A DNA stretch of 32,000 bases, from contig NZ_AP028907.1 in the NCBI RefSeq assembly GCF_036323395.1, positions 1,320,001-1,352,000 of the forward strand, given 5' to 3'. Below are positions 9,375 through 17,996 of this stretch, piece by piece (positions within the stretch are counted from its first letter, which is position 1; each line of letters opens with the position of its first letter). Origin of the DNA: Pyrodictium abyssi. Lineage in GTDB: Archaea > Thermoproteota > Thermoprotei_A > Sulfolobales > Pyrodictiaceae. Below the pieces are notes generated by a model, which saw only the letters and a list, made by a program, of their open reading frames with translations, did not search any database and was not told the origin of the DNA. The position numbers and the translations under genes are program-made.

Positions 9375-10065
9375 GTGCTGTCAGCGTATTTAAGCATCAC
9401 CCACGAGAGGCTCTTGGGAGCTGCCGAGGGTGGACCGGCCCTGACGCGTGTAGCACTGCTGTCGGGAGGCAAGGACTCACTGTACGCAGCAATGCAGCTA
9501 TGGCCGGATAGACTACGGTGTTGTGCTGGTCTACGACTTCCCTCGGCCCAGCCCCACCTCCTAAACCTCGGGAAGACTGTGGAGACGCTCATCCTCACTG
9601 GGATACCCGTTATCGTCGCCCATCTACGCCGGGGACACGAGCGAGAGGAGACCGTGAAGCTACTCCAGCGCCTCGGCGCAGACGAGATAGTGGCTGGCGA
9701 TGTCTACGTGGAAGACCACCTACGCTACATGGAGTCGGTCGCCGCCGAAGCCGGAGCTAGGCTCCGTGAACCCCCTCTGGGGCATGGATCCCGTTGAACT
9801 AGTTCATAGAGAGGCCGAAGCCGGGATAGAGGCTCTCTTCACCGACGCCAATGGGAGGATGCGGAGATGGCTTGGTAGAGTCTTCTCCCAGAAGACTGTT
9901 GAGGAGCTTGTGGAGTATGCTAGACGCGTGGGAGCTGACCCGCTAGGCGAGCAGGGCGAGTACCATACCTTGGTGCTCAGTAGCCCGCTTCACGCAACAA
10001 GGCTAGGCTACAGTGTGATAGAGACCCTGGAAGTACATGGCTACTACCTACTGAGGGTCGTGTAG
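9375..10065 (+). pseudogene. Diphthine--ammonia ligase-like (Dph6 / ATP-PPase) gene with three apparent single-base frameshifts
   Basis: ALLSGGKDSLYAAMQ P-loop; then YGRIDYGVVLVYDFPRPSP in a second frame, PHLLNLGKTVETLILTGIPVIVAHL back in the first frame, and EPLWGMDPVELVHREAEAGIEALF...GEQGEYHTLVLSSPLH in another frame. Confidence 0.78.
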
Positions 10066-10067
10066 CC

Positions 10068-10849
10068 GTGGCTGGCCTCCCCTGCACCGTCGCCGAGGAA
10101 CTAGTGCTTGAGGCTCTCCGGAGGTACGTACGCAGCACCGGTTGTGACTGTATAGCACCTTAGCGGCGGGATCGACACCAGCATCGTCGCTCTCGCCGCG
10201 AGGCTCGAAGGGCTAAGACTCATCGGCATAACGGCCTTCTATACTGCTGGGCTGCCCCGCGACCTGCCATACGCGTCCTACGTGGCCGGAGCCCTTGGGA
10301 TAAGGCTCCACGTGGTGCCGGTGGACCCCAACTATATAGCCGAGCATGCAGTCATTGTCGCTAAGTGCACGAGAAGGAGGGACTACATAGAGCTGCGGAA
10401 CGACGTAGTCTTCCTCAGAGCCCTCGAGGAGGCAGAGAGGCTCAACTGCCACTGCATCCTCCTTGGCGACGGTGGAGACGAGTTGTTCGCCGGCTACCAG
10501 TTCATGCTGAGCCTTAGCAGCCGGGAGCTACGACAGACGATACTCAGGATGGCGACGAGAGGCCGGTACCCTGGCCTAGAGCTAGCCGAGTGCATAGGAG
10601 TGAAGGCGCACGCACCGTTCCTATGCGATGAAGTGCTAGAAGTGGTCATGAAAGTGCCGGTTGACTGTCTTAGAGCAGGCATCTCAGAGGGCAAAGAACT
10701 GTATACGGAACATCCTTAGGCACTATGGCCTCGCTCTGGTCGCGGAGAGGCCAAAGACTCCCGCCGAGCAGGGTGCTGGCACCGATGCCCTTAGCCGGGA
10801 GATGCTCGAGGAGATAACGGGCATGGAGCTTCCAGACTGCCACTGCTAG
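10068..10849 (+). pseudogene. Stand-alone asparagine-synthetase-domain protein (AsnB C-terminal domain-like, no glutaminase domain) with two apparent frameshifts
   Basis: VAEELVLEALRRYVRSTGCDCIA, then (+1) LSGGIDTSIVALAARLEG, LLGDGGDELFAGYQFM, KAHAPFLCDEVLEVVMKVP, then (+1) KNCIRNILRHYGLALVAERPKTPAEQGAG ending in TAG at 10849. Confidence 0.8.
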
Positions 10850-10853
10850 CCTG

Positions 10854-11594
10854 CTAACCGAGTGCGAGGAAAGCCGCAACCAGGGCCAGCCAGGCTGCTG
10901 CCACCGTTGCTGCAACGGCTACGCCGCGCTTCATGTCCCCGGGGCCCGGTAGCGGGCCCTCGCCGAGGACGTAGCTTCCCGGCTTCTCGAGCCTCACGCC
11001 GAGGGCGCCCGCCACTGCGCTCATCGGGTGGCCTGCGTTCCGGCTCTCCGTGGCCCCGCCGTAGCGCCTCCAGACCCGCAGCGCCCGGGCTGGGCTCCCT
11101 CCAGCTATGGGGGCTGCTAGCGCGGTGAGGGCCGCGGTGGCGCGGGCTGGGATGTAGTTGAGCAGTGTGTCCGCCCAGGCGCTGGCCCAGCCGGCCTCGA
11201 GGTAGTCGGGCGTCTTGAAGCCGAGGGCGCCGTCGAGGGTGTTAGCAAGCCTCTGGAGCAGCGCTCCGAGGGGCCCCAGCAGCGCTGTGTAGAGCAGTGG
11301 GGAGGTGTAGCCGTCTACGAGGCTCTCAGCTAGGCTCTCCACGGCCGCGCTAGCCACGTGGCCGGGGCCCAGCCGGTGCACGTCGCGGCGTACCAGGCCC
11401 TGGACGAGCACGCGGGCGCACACCGTGTCGCCCCGCTCCATGCAGCCCGCTGCCCGCCACACGGTCTCGAGGAGGAGGCGGAGCGAGAAGGAGACCTTCA
11501 GCACCCAGGCCGCGGCGAGCAGCCAGGCCAGGGGGCCGAGCCTCCACGCCGCGTAGAGCAGCGCCGCGTAGGCCGCGAGGTGCACGTCCACCAC
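10854..11594 (-). CDS. cbiB: Adenosylcobinamide-phosphate synthase-like protein (CbiB), apparently short at the N-terminus
   Basis: KVSFSLRLLLETV, VQGLVRRDV, AAVESLAESLVDGYTSPLLY, ANTLDGALGFKTPDYLEAGWASAWADTLLNYIPAR match CbiB conserved regions; the usual N-terminal HPV region is not present. Confidence 0.8.
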   Translation of the reverse strand: MVDVHLAAYAALLYAAWRLGPLAWLLAAAWVLKVSFSLRLLLETVWRAAGCMERGDTVCARVLVQGLVRRDVHRLGPGHVASAAVESLAESLVDGYTSPLLYTALLGPLGALLQRLANTLDGALGFKTPDYLEAGWASAWADTLLNYIPARATAALTALAAPIAGGSPARALRVWRRYGGATESRNAGHPMSAVAGALGVRLEKPGSYVLGEGPLPGPGDMKRGVAVAATVAAAWLALVAAFLALG

Positions 11595-11639
11595 CGCTAC
11601 CCAGGTGGCTGCTCCCCCTTAGCCTCGTGGACCCCGCCA

Positions 11640-11911
11640 TGGAGAACCTCGCGGCGAGCACCGTCACGCCGGGGGCTATGTCGTGGACCAGGCCGAGGAG
11701 GTCGGAGGACTCGCCGCGGACCACCCAGGGCGTAGTCGCCACGGCCACCCTTTCGAGCGCCCCGGGGCTCCACCGCCCCTAGTATGGCCAGGACTGCGGC
11801 CATCTGGGTGCCGCCCGCCAGCCCCGCCAGGGCCACGTGCACGGGGTCGCCGACCGCGTCAACCACGCCGACAGCCACCATGGACCCCGAAGGCCGGGCG
11901 CCAAGGGGCAC
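11640..11911 (-). pseudogene. Fragment of an archaeal CobT-like (nicotinate-nucleotide-dimethylbenzimidazole phosphoribosyltransferase-related) gene, frameshifted
   Basis: MVAVGVVDAVGDPVHVALAGLAGGTQMAAVLAI in one frame continuing as LERVAVATTPWVVRGESSDLLGLVHDIAPGVTVLAARFS in another. GGTQM and the ATTPWV segment resemble the archaeal CobT-related family. Confidence 0.55.
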
Positions 11912-12083
11912 GCCGCAGAGGCGTCATCGGCCCCCGGGTAGACAGCCCTACGGGGCGCCCGGCAGCGCGCAATCACCCCAGCACACGTGGACACGGATCT
12001 AGTTTCATACCTCGGGCGGGGCGGTGCGGAACACACTGATGCAGCAGATATACAAGCTAGCAGCGGAAGACGCGGTGACGGCC

Positions 12084-12983
12084 ATGCCCATATCCACTAT
12101 CAGCGTCGTGGGCGTGGCCGCCGGCTACAGAGGGAAGCCAGTCATCAGGGACGTAGACGTCGAGTTCCGCGGCCCAGGCGTACACGCTATCATCGGCCCC
12201 AACGGCTCGGGCAAGACGACCCTACTACGCGTCATCACCGGCGTCATAAGGCCCTACCGCGGCGACGTACTGTTCGACGGCAGGTCCATCCATAGGGAGC
12301 CAGAGGTGAAGAGGCTTATCGGCTACATGCCCGCCGAGATAGGCCTGCTGCCAAGGCTCACACTCTACGAGAACCTCGAGACCTACCTGGAGATCCTAGG
12401 CTACGACAGAGGCTTCCTCGAGGAGAGGCTCGAGGCCCTGGGAAGGGTCCTACCGCTCGACGACATCCTGCACAGGATGGTCGGGGCTATGAGCACGGGC
12501 CAGAGGGTCCGCGCAGGCCTAGTCCGGACCCTGATCCACGATCCGGAGGTTGTCGTGCTTGACGAGCCCACAAGAGGCCTAGACATCGTCCTCGCTAGGC
12601 AGGTCCGGGAGATGCTACAAGACATCGCCAGGGACAGGATGGTCATAATGACCACCCACCTGGCCCACGAGCTCCTCGAGCTAAGCAGCCACGTCACAGT
12701 CATGAAGAGCGGCCGGGTACTATTCAGCGGCAGCATAGACGAGTTTAGGCGCAGCCTAGCAGACAGGCCAGTAACCCTCCATATCCGCACAGCCACCCCC
12801 ATAGACGATGTGCTCGAGAACCTGGGCGTAGAGTTCCAGAGGAAAGCCTACAGCTACTACATAGTCAGGCTACCCAGCCTCAACGAGGCACCCCGGCTAC
12901 TCACGGAGCTACCCCGGCATACTGGCATACTCGAGCTCAGAGAGGACCTAGACGAGCTCGTGAAAGCCCTCTACGAGGGGTGA
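12084..12983 (+). CDS. ABC transporter ATP-binding protein (ABC-2/exporter type)
   Basis: Walker A IIGPNGSGKTT, signature MSTGQRVRAGL, Walker B EVVVLDEPTRGLD, H-loop TTHLAHE. ATG at 12084 (MPISTISVVGVAAGYRG) is preferred over 12024. Confidence 0.9.
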   Translation: MPISTISVVGVAAGYRGKPVIRDVDVEFRGPGVHAIIGPNGSGKTTLLRVITGVIRPYRGDVLFDGRSIHREPEVKRLIGYMPAEIGLLPRLTLYENLETYLEILGYDRGFLEERLEALGRVLPLDDILHRMVGAMSTGQRVRAGLVRTLIHDPEVVVLDEPTRGLDIVLARQVREMLQDIARDRMVIMTTHLAHELLELSSHVTVMKSGRVLFSGSIDEFRRSLADRPVTLHIRTATPIDDVLENLGVEFQRKAYSYYIVRLPSLNEAPRLLTELPRHTGILELREDLDELVKALYEG

Positions 12984-12989
12984 ACCCGA

Positions 12990-13728
12990 GTGACCAGCCC
13001 CAGCTACCTGGCTAGATGCGTCAAGCTCTACGTGAAGCGCGGCTTCAACGAGGACCGGCGAACGACACTGCTAACCCTCCTACTCTCGGTAGTACTCACG
13101 GCGCACGTAACCCTCAGCATATCGAGAAAGCTACAGGCAATACCCGTGCAGGAGCTAGAGCACCTATCCAGCCTCTACACGCTCGTCCTCGGAACGACCA
13201 TCGGCTTCCTAGCCTCCGTCACAGCGTCCACCATAGGTAGCGTCGTCCACCACGACAGGGCCTCACACTTCATAGAAGTACTGCTATCCACGCCCCTAAC
13301 CGCCGGCTCATACATGGCATCAGTCGTCCTAGCCTCACTCATCCACGGGGCAATAGCCTACACCACCGTGGCATCAATATACACCCTCGTAGCCCTAAAC
13401 CTCGTAGCCTCCACAGCCAGAACCATACTCCTAAACGGCTGGATCTACACAACAGCGCTGCTAATGACCATACTCACGTCGCTAGCCTCCATAGCCGTAA
13501 ACTTCGCAGCCACCAGACTCTCCATGGACCCCTCAAGGCTATCCACAATACCATCAATGCTACTATTCCTCATAGCAGTCTTCATAATGGACACGGGAGC
13601 CGGAACAATGAACAGCGGATACCTCTACACATTCACGTGCCATACTACTAGCAGCAATCGGAGCCCTCACAGCAATCCTCGCCATTCTGTCGAAGAGGCT
13701 CGGCGGGGAATACCTAGTATCCCCATAG
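12990..13728 (+). pseudogene. ABC transporter permease partner, C-terminus displaced by an apparent one-base frameshift at about 13636
   Basis: Hydrophobic multi-TM ORF reading into polar sequence (TCHTTSSNRSPHSN...). The alternative frame gives a hydrophobic final helix and tail, ILLAAIGALTAILAILSKRLGGEYLVSP, then TAG at 13726-13728. Confidence 0.7.
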
Positions 13729-14535
13729 CACAACGACCCAACGCCCCGCACCACTAGCACAGAGACCCACAGCCAGCACCCAGACCCCCGAGGCCATAGC
13801 CGTAGCCCCAGCCACCCAGCAACCACTACACCCAACCACCCTCACAACAGCATCCAAGCCCCACATAACCCGCCAGCACAGACCACACCGGCATCAAGGC
13901 AGCCCGGAACACCCTCCCCCTGACAACGCCACGGCTGCCTCACACACTGACAGCATCTGTGTAGAGCTGCGTCCCGACTAGCTGATAGAAGGCGCCAAAC
14001 ACACATCTTCCACGCCAAGACTTACATTTCTCTAATGAGTTATGCTGGACACATGGTTTCTGCTAGCCGTCACTGGCCCAATATACTTACAATTCTCTGT
14101 TGAGTTATTTGCTATGTGAAATGTATTGTTCCTTGTTGGGAATTCTACAGATCCTGGTCCTCTCCGGTATATCGTCTCTGTATTTTTATGTGTTTCTGGT
14201 TCTCGGGGACAGCCCCAATTCCGCCGGGATCGGGCATTGTGTCTCCCTGGGGTGTGTTCCCATGGACTTGAATGTGGAGCTGAAAGGTTCCGGAACGGAG
14301 CGCCGGCTGGGCAAACAGGTAGTGGGAGTAAATGAGGAAGGGTTATGGGGGTTGGGTCTTTTGGGGGCTGTGTGTAGCTGTTTTGTCTGGGCCGTTGAGG
14401 TGTGCACGTCAGCCCGAAGCCCCTCGAGGGCGGTGTGGGCTACGGCCGTGAGCCGAGGCCGTCGCGCGTGTGTTCCTGGTTCTCCTTTTATGCTGGAGTT
14501 GTTGGCTGTACCTCTTGTTTCCTGGTGGCTGGGCT

Positions 14536-15402
14536 GTGTGTCGTCTCGTGGCTGGTGTGGCTTGGAGCCGTGAGGGTACGGCTGCCCTAGCTGGGCTTGT
14601 TCGTCTCCTCGCTAGGGCTGCCTCCGACGACCCGTACCTCGCCGCTATCACTGGAGGCGAGTCCCGGCACTGCCACGGGTTCGGGTTCCTGCTCGTGCTC
14701 GGCGTCGGCGGCAGCTGGCGGGTGGTCTATGAGCGGTTTGACGCGCTGGCGCCCGGTGTCGGCGAGGAGGAGGCGTGCCGGGTCAACCTGGACGTGCTGA
14801 GGGGCGCTGTGGAGCACGTGGCGGGGCTTGTGGCTGCTTCTGAGCGGGCCTACGTGGTGGTGCACGCACGGCGGGCTGGGCGCAGCGAGCCGCGGGGCTC
14901 TATGAATGCTCACCCGTTCGTGGTTTCGCTGGAGCAGCCTGGCGGGAGCCTGGAGCTCTACCTGGCGCATAACGGAGGGCTCTACAAGGACGCGCTGGGC
15001 GAGAGGCTGGGGCTGGACGCCAGCGTCTACACGGATAGCCACCTGCTCGCCGTCTACCTCGTAAGGAGGCTCCAGATGGGCCTCGGCCTCGGCGACGCTG
15101 TGGCGGAGGCCGCGGAGTTCACGAAGTCTGGGCTCGACCTCGCGGTGGCGCTGCTGGAGAGGCGCGCTACAGGTCTGGAGCCGAGCCTCTACCTTGTGGG
15201 CCACATGAAGCCGGGGCTGGACGAGAACAGGCAGAGGTACTACGAGCCCGTGGGCTTCCGCGGCGAGGGTGTGGCCGGCTACGTGTCCTCGACGATACGC
15301 GACCTAGCTGCCGAGAGGGGCGTGCCGCTGAGCTTTGAGAGGCTCTGGGGCGTGTACCGGGCCGAGCCCGGCGAGGGGCTCCGCCTCGTGAGGAGCCTCT
15401 AG
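14536..15402 (+). CDS. Class II glutamine amidotransferase-like (Ntn-hydrolase) protein
   Basis: GTG at 14536 gives an N-terminal Met-Cys (MCRLVAGVAW). VVHARRAGRSEPRGSMNAHPFVV, LYLAHNGGLYKD and VYTDSHLLAVYLVRR match the class II amidotransferase pattern. The ORF-track start at 14470 would bury the Cys. Confidence 0.65.
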   Translation: MCRLVAGVAWSREGTAALAGLVRLLARAASDDPYLAAITGGESRHCHGFGFLLVLGVGGSWRVVYERFDALAPGVGEEEACRVNLDVLRGAVEHVAGLVAASERAYVVVHARRAGRSEPRGSMNAHPFVVSLEQPGGSLELYLAHNGGLYKDALGERLGLDASVYTDSHLLAVYLVRRLQMGLGLGDAVAEAAEFTKSGLDLAVALLERRATGLEPSLYLVGHMKPGLDENRQRYYEPVGFRGEGVAGYVSSTIRDLAAERGVPLSFERLWGVYRAEPGEGLRLVRSL

Positions 15403-15643
15403 CCTCCTCCTCGGCTGCCCCCGGGCTATATAACACCCCTATGGCCTCTGTCTCTGCTCCGGCGGGGCGGGTGAGGTGGTAGGGACGTACCGACGCCTAA
15501 CGCCCCCTGGGTGAGGAGTGGTGGAGCGACCCTGACGCCCCGCAGCCACTCTCCCGCCGCCAGCGCCCGGCCGTGTTCTATGCGTTCTATGCATCCTGAT
15601 GCTTAGAATGCCTTAAATCAAGGCACGGCATATAGGCTCCTGG

Positions 15644-16096
15644 GTGCCCCGGGTTATGACAGGCAGCGGTAATGGGCCCCCGGGAGGGGCTATAGCCTGC
15701 CCTAGGCTGGAGGAGGGCATATTCTTCTACGACCCCGAGCGTGGATGGGTGCGAGCTGTCCAGCCTCCTAGGCCGGGCAACACGCTCATCGTGTTCGTGA
15801 ATGTTCTCTGCAAGCATACGTGTAACGAGCTGTTCCACCAGCTCTCCGAGAAGGCCGGGGGGCTCCTCGGCCGGGCTGTGGACGTCTACCTAGTGGTGTG
15901 CACCAGGTTCCACAAGGTCTGCGGGGACCCGGATGCAGGAAACCTCTTCCGGGCACACGATGTGATAGCTAGCCCGGCTGTCGTGCTCTACATCGGCGGG
16001 AGGCTAGTGGCTAAGCTCCAGGGCCGTTTGAGGCTTGAACAGAACCTAGACAATGTCGTAAAGGCTATAGCGGAGGCTGCTGGGCAGAGCTGGTAG
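15644..16096 (+). CDS. Hypothetical protein, possible thioredoxin-fold with CxxxC
   Basis: TLIVFVNVLCKHTCNELFHQL ... VDVYLVVCTRF ... VIASPAVVLYIGGRLVAKLQG resembles a thioredoxin-like beta-alpha-beta / cis-Pro layout but with CKHTC instead of CxxC. Confidence 0.55.
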   Translation: MPRVMTGSGNGPPGGAIACPRLEEGIFFYDPERGWVRAVQPPRPGNTLIVFVNVLCKHTCNELFHQLSEKAGGLLGRAVDVYLVVCTRFHKVCGDPDAGNLFRAHDVIASPAVVLYIGGRLVAKLQGRLRLEQNLDNVVKAIAEAAGQSW

Positions 16097-16161
16097 CGCT
16101 GCCTGGGGCATCCTTGATAGGCTCCGCCTATACTCTCCTCTAGGCCTGGGCGCTACGGGTT

Positions 16162-17265
16162 ATGGCCTCTAGTAGCCGTCTCCTCGATAGGCCCTACGTG
16201 CGGGAGGCTGAGCTCTGGAGCCCGCTCCCCGACCGGCAGGGCTACGTGCGCTGCGACCTCTGTGCGCGGCGATGCGTGATAGCACCGGGGAAGTACGGGG
16301 TCTGCGGGGTCCGGAGGAACATCGGCGGCAAGCTCTACACGCTGGTCTACGGGCTGCTGACCGCGATGAACATTGACCCTATCGAGAAGAAGCCTATGTT
16401 CCACTTCGAGCCCGGCAGCCAGGTGCTCTCGATAAGCACTGTGGGGTGCAACTTCTACTGCGTGTTCTGCCAGAACTGGGAGATTAGCCAGTCGCGGCTG
16501 GAGCAGGGCCTCTACGGCCGCTACGTCGAGCCCGAGGAGGTGGTCGAGAAGGCTCTGGAGTACGGGGCAGACGGGATAGCCTACACGTACAACGAGCCCA
16601 TAATATTCTTCGAGTTCTTGAGGGACGTAGCCAGGCTCGCCAAGAAGCACGGGCTCTACAACATGATGGTGACTAACGGCTACGCTACGCCGGAGGCTAT
16701 ACGGGAGCTAGCCCCCTACATCGACGCCGCCACTGTGGACTTCAAGGGCGGGGGTAACCCGGAGTTCTACCGCCGGTTCATGTCTGTGCCCGACCCCTCG
16801 CCGATATACACGGCCCTGGAGGAGATGAAGCGGGCCGGCTGGTTCCTAGAGGTAACGAACCTCGTGGTGCCCCGGTACGGCGACCGGGAGGATGACGTGA
16901 GGAGGCTAGCACGCTGGATCGTCGAGAAGCTGGGGCCCGAGACCCCGTTCCACCTGCTGCGCTTCCACCCTGACTTCCGGCTCCAGGAGCTGCCGCCGAC
17001 GCCGGTCGAGACGCTCGAGAGGCTCGCGCAGGCCGCCAAGGAGGAGGGGCTACACTACGTCTACATAGGCAATGTCTGGGGCCACCCGCTAGAGAACACG
17101 TACTGCCCGCGCTGCGGCTACACGGTGATAGAGAGGCGGGGCTTCGCCATACTCGCCTGGAGGCTGACACGGGACAACCGCTGCCAGAACTGCGGCGCGC
17201 CGGTGAACATACGGGGCCGGTTCCACGGGGGCGGTGGCAGCATACTACCGCTGCTGGTCTACTAG
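16162..17265 (+). CDS. amrS: AmmeMemoRadiSam-type radical SAM protein (AmrS family)
   Basis: CDLCARRCVIAPGKYGVCGVR N-terminal motif, radical SAM CNFYCVFCQNW, YTYNEPIIFFEF, VTNGYATPEAIREL, C-terminal CPRCGYTVIERRG and CQNCGAP. Confidence 0.9.
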   Translation: MASSSRLLDRPYVREAELWSPLPDRQGYVRCDLCARRCVIAPGKYGVCGVRRNIGGKLYTLVYGLLTAMNIDPIEKKPMFHFEPGSQVLSISTVGCNFYCVFCQNWEISQSRLEQGLYGRYVEPEEVVEKALEYGADGIAYTYNEPIIFFEFLRDVARLAKKHGLYNMMVTNGYATPEAIRELAPYIDAATVDFKGGGNPEFYRRFMSVPDPSPIYTALEEMKRAGWFLEVTNLVVPRYGDREDDVRRLARWIVEKLGPETPFHLLRFHPDFRLQELPPTPVETLERLAQAAKEEGLHYVYIGNVWGHPLENTYCPRCGYTVIERRGFAILAWRLTRDNRCQNCGAPVNIRGRFHGGGGSILPLLVY

Positions 17266-17306
17266 GCCAAGGGGCCCCGCTCCTTCGGCTAGGCCCTCCT
17301 TGTGCC

Positions 17307-17320
17307 GCAAGTTTTTATTC
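17307..17320 (+). promoter_or_regulatory. Probable TATA-box promoter upstream of the HTH/coiled-coil gene
   Basis: gcaagtttttattc about 35-45 nt upstream of ATG at 17354. Confidence 0.4.
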
Positions 17321-17353
17321 AAGGCTCGTGTAACCTATATACTGGTGCAGGGT

Positions 17354-17929
17354 ATGAGTGCACCAGCTGAGCTAAAGATACGAGAAGTCACTGTACCTGT
17401 GGAGGTCCCAGTAAGACCTGTCTCCAAGAGGGAGATAAAGCAGCTAGAGGCCATGCTTATAATAGGCACGCTGTTCCGGCCTGACGTGATCAAGGCCGCG
17501 CTCGACAAGGAGGAGTTCCTCACCTGGGTAGACAGCCTCGCCGTGGCTGCTACCGCGCTCGCGATGGAGAAGGCCGGGTACACGGTGAGCCAGATAGCGG
17601 AGGAGCTTGGCCGCACGGAGGCCACTATACGCCGGCACCTCCGCGGCGAGACAAAGGCCGGGAGGCTCGTCAGGGAGACCTACGAGATGCTCGTCCGGGG
17701 CGAGCTGAGGCTAGCAGTCCCCATAGTGAGCCCGGAGGCTGAGGCCGAGCTAAAGCAGCTACAGGAGCAGGTGCAGAAGCTAGAGGAGGAGGTTAAGCAG
17801 CTACGCGGCGAGAACACGGAGCTACGCGAGAGGCTTGGGAGGCTAGAGGAGGCGGTCCGGAAGGCCTCTGGCAAGCTGGAGGAGGCTGAGAAGGCGCTCC
17901 AGGAGGCAAGGGAGGCTCTTAGGCTCTAG
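17354..17929 (+). CDS. HTH domain plus C-terminal coiled-coil putative transcriptional regulator
   Basis: AGYTVSQIAEELGRTEATIRRHLRGETKAG helix-turn-helix; heptad-rich tail LKQLQEQVQKLEEEVKQLRGENTELRERLGRLEEAV. Confidence 0.8.
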   Translation: MSAPAELKIREVTVPVEVPVRPVSKREIKQLEAMLIIGTLFRPDVIKAALDKEEFLTWVDSLAVAATALAMEKAGYTVSQIAEELGRTEATIRRHLRGETKAGRLVRETYEMLVRGELRLAVPIVSPEAEAELKQLQEQVQKLEEEVKQLRGENTELRERLGRLEEAVRKASGKLEEAEKALQEAREALRL

Positions 17930-17996
17930 CCGCCGTCCTAGGGCCACGGGGGCTGCCTGTTTTGTTTGCGTAAATTACCCCACCTATTCTGTTTAC

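Noticed and set aside
14100-14573. 157-aa plus-strand ORF in the gap near 14 kb
   Set aside because: Lies in the skewed G/T-rich stretch, Cys/Ser/Gly/Leu-biased translation, overlaps the better-supported start at 14536; probably non-coding.
14587-15204. Long minus-strand ORF (205 aa) antisense to the amidotransferase-like gene
   Set aside because: Arg/His/Pro-rich composition typical of shadow ORFs in GC-rich coding DNA; the plus-strand protein carries recognisable motifs.
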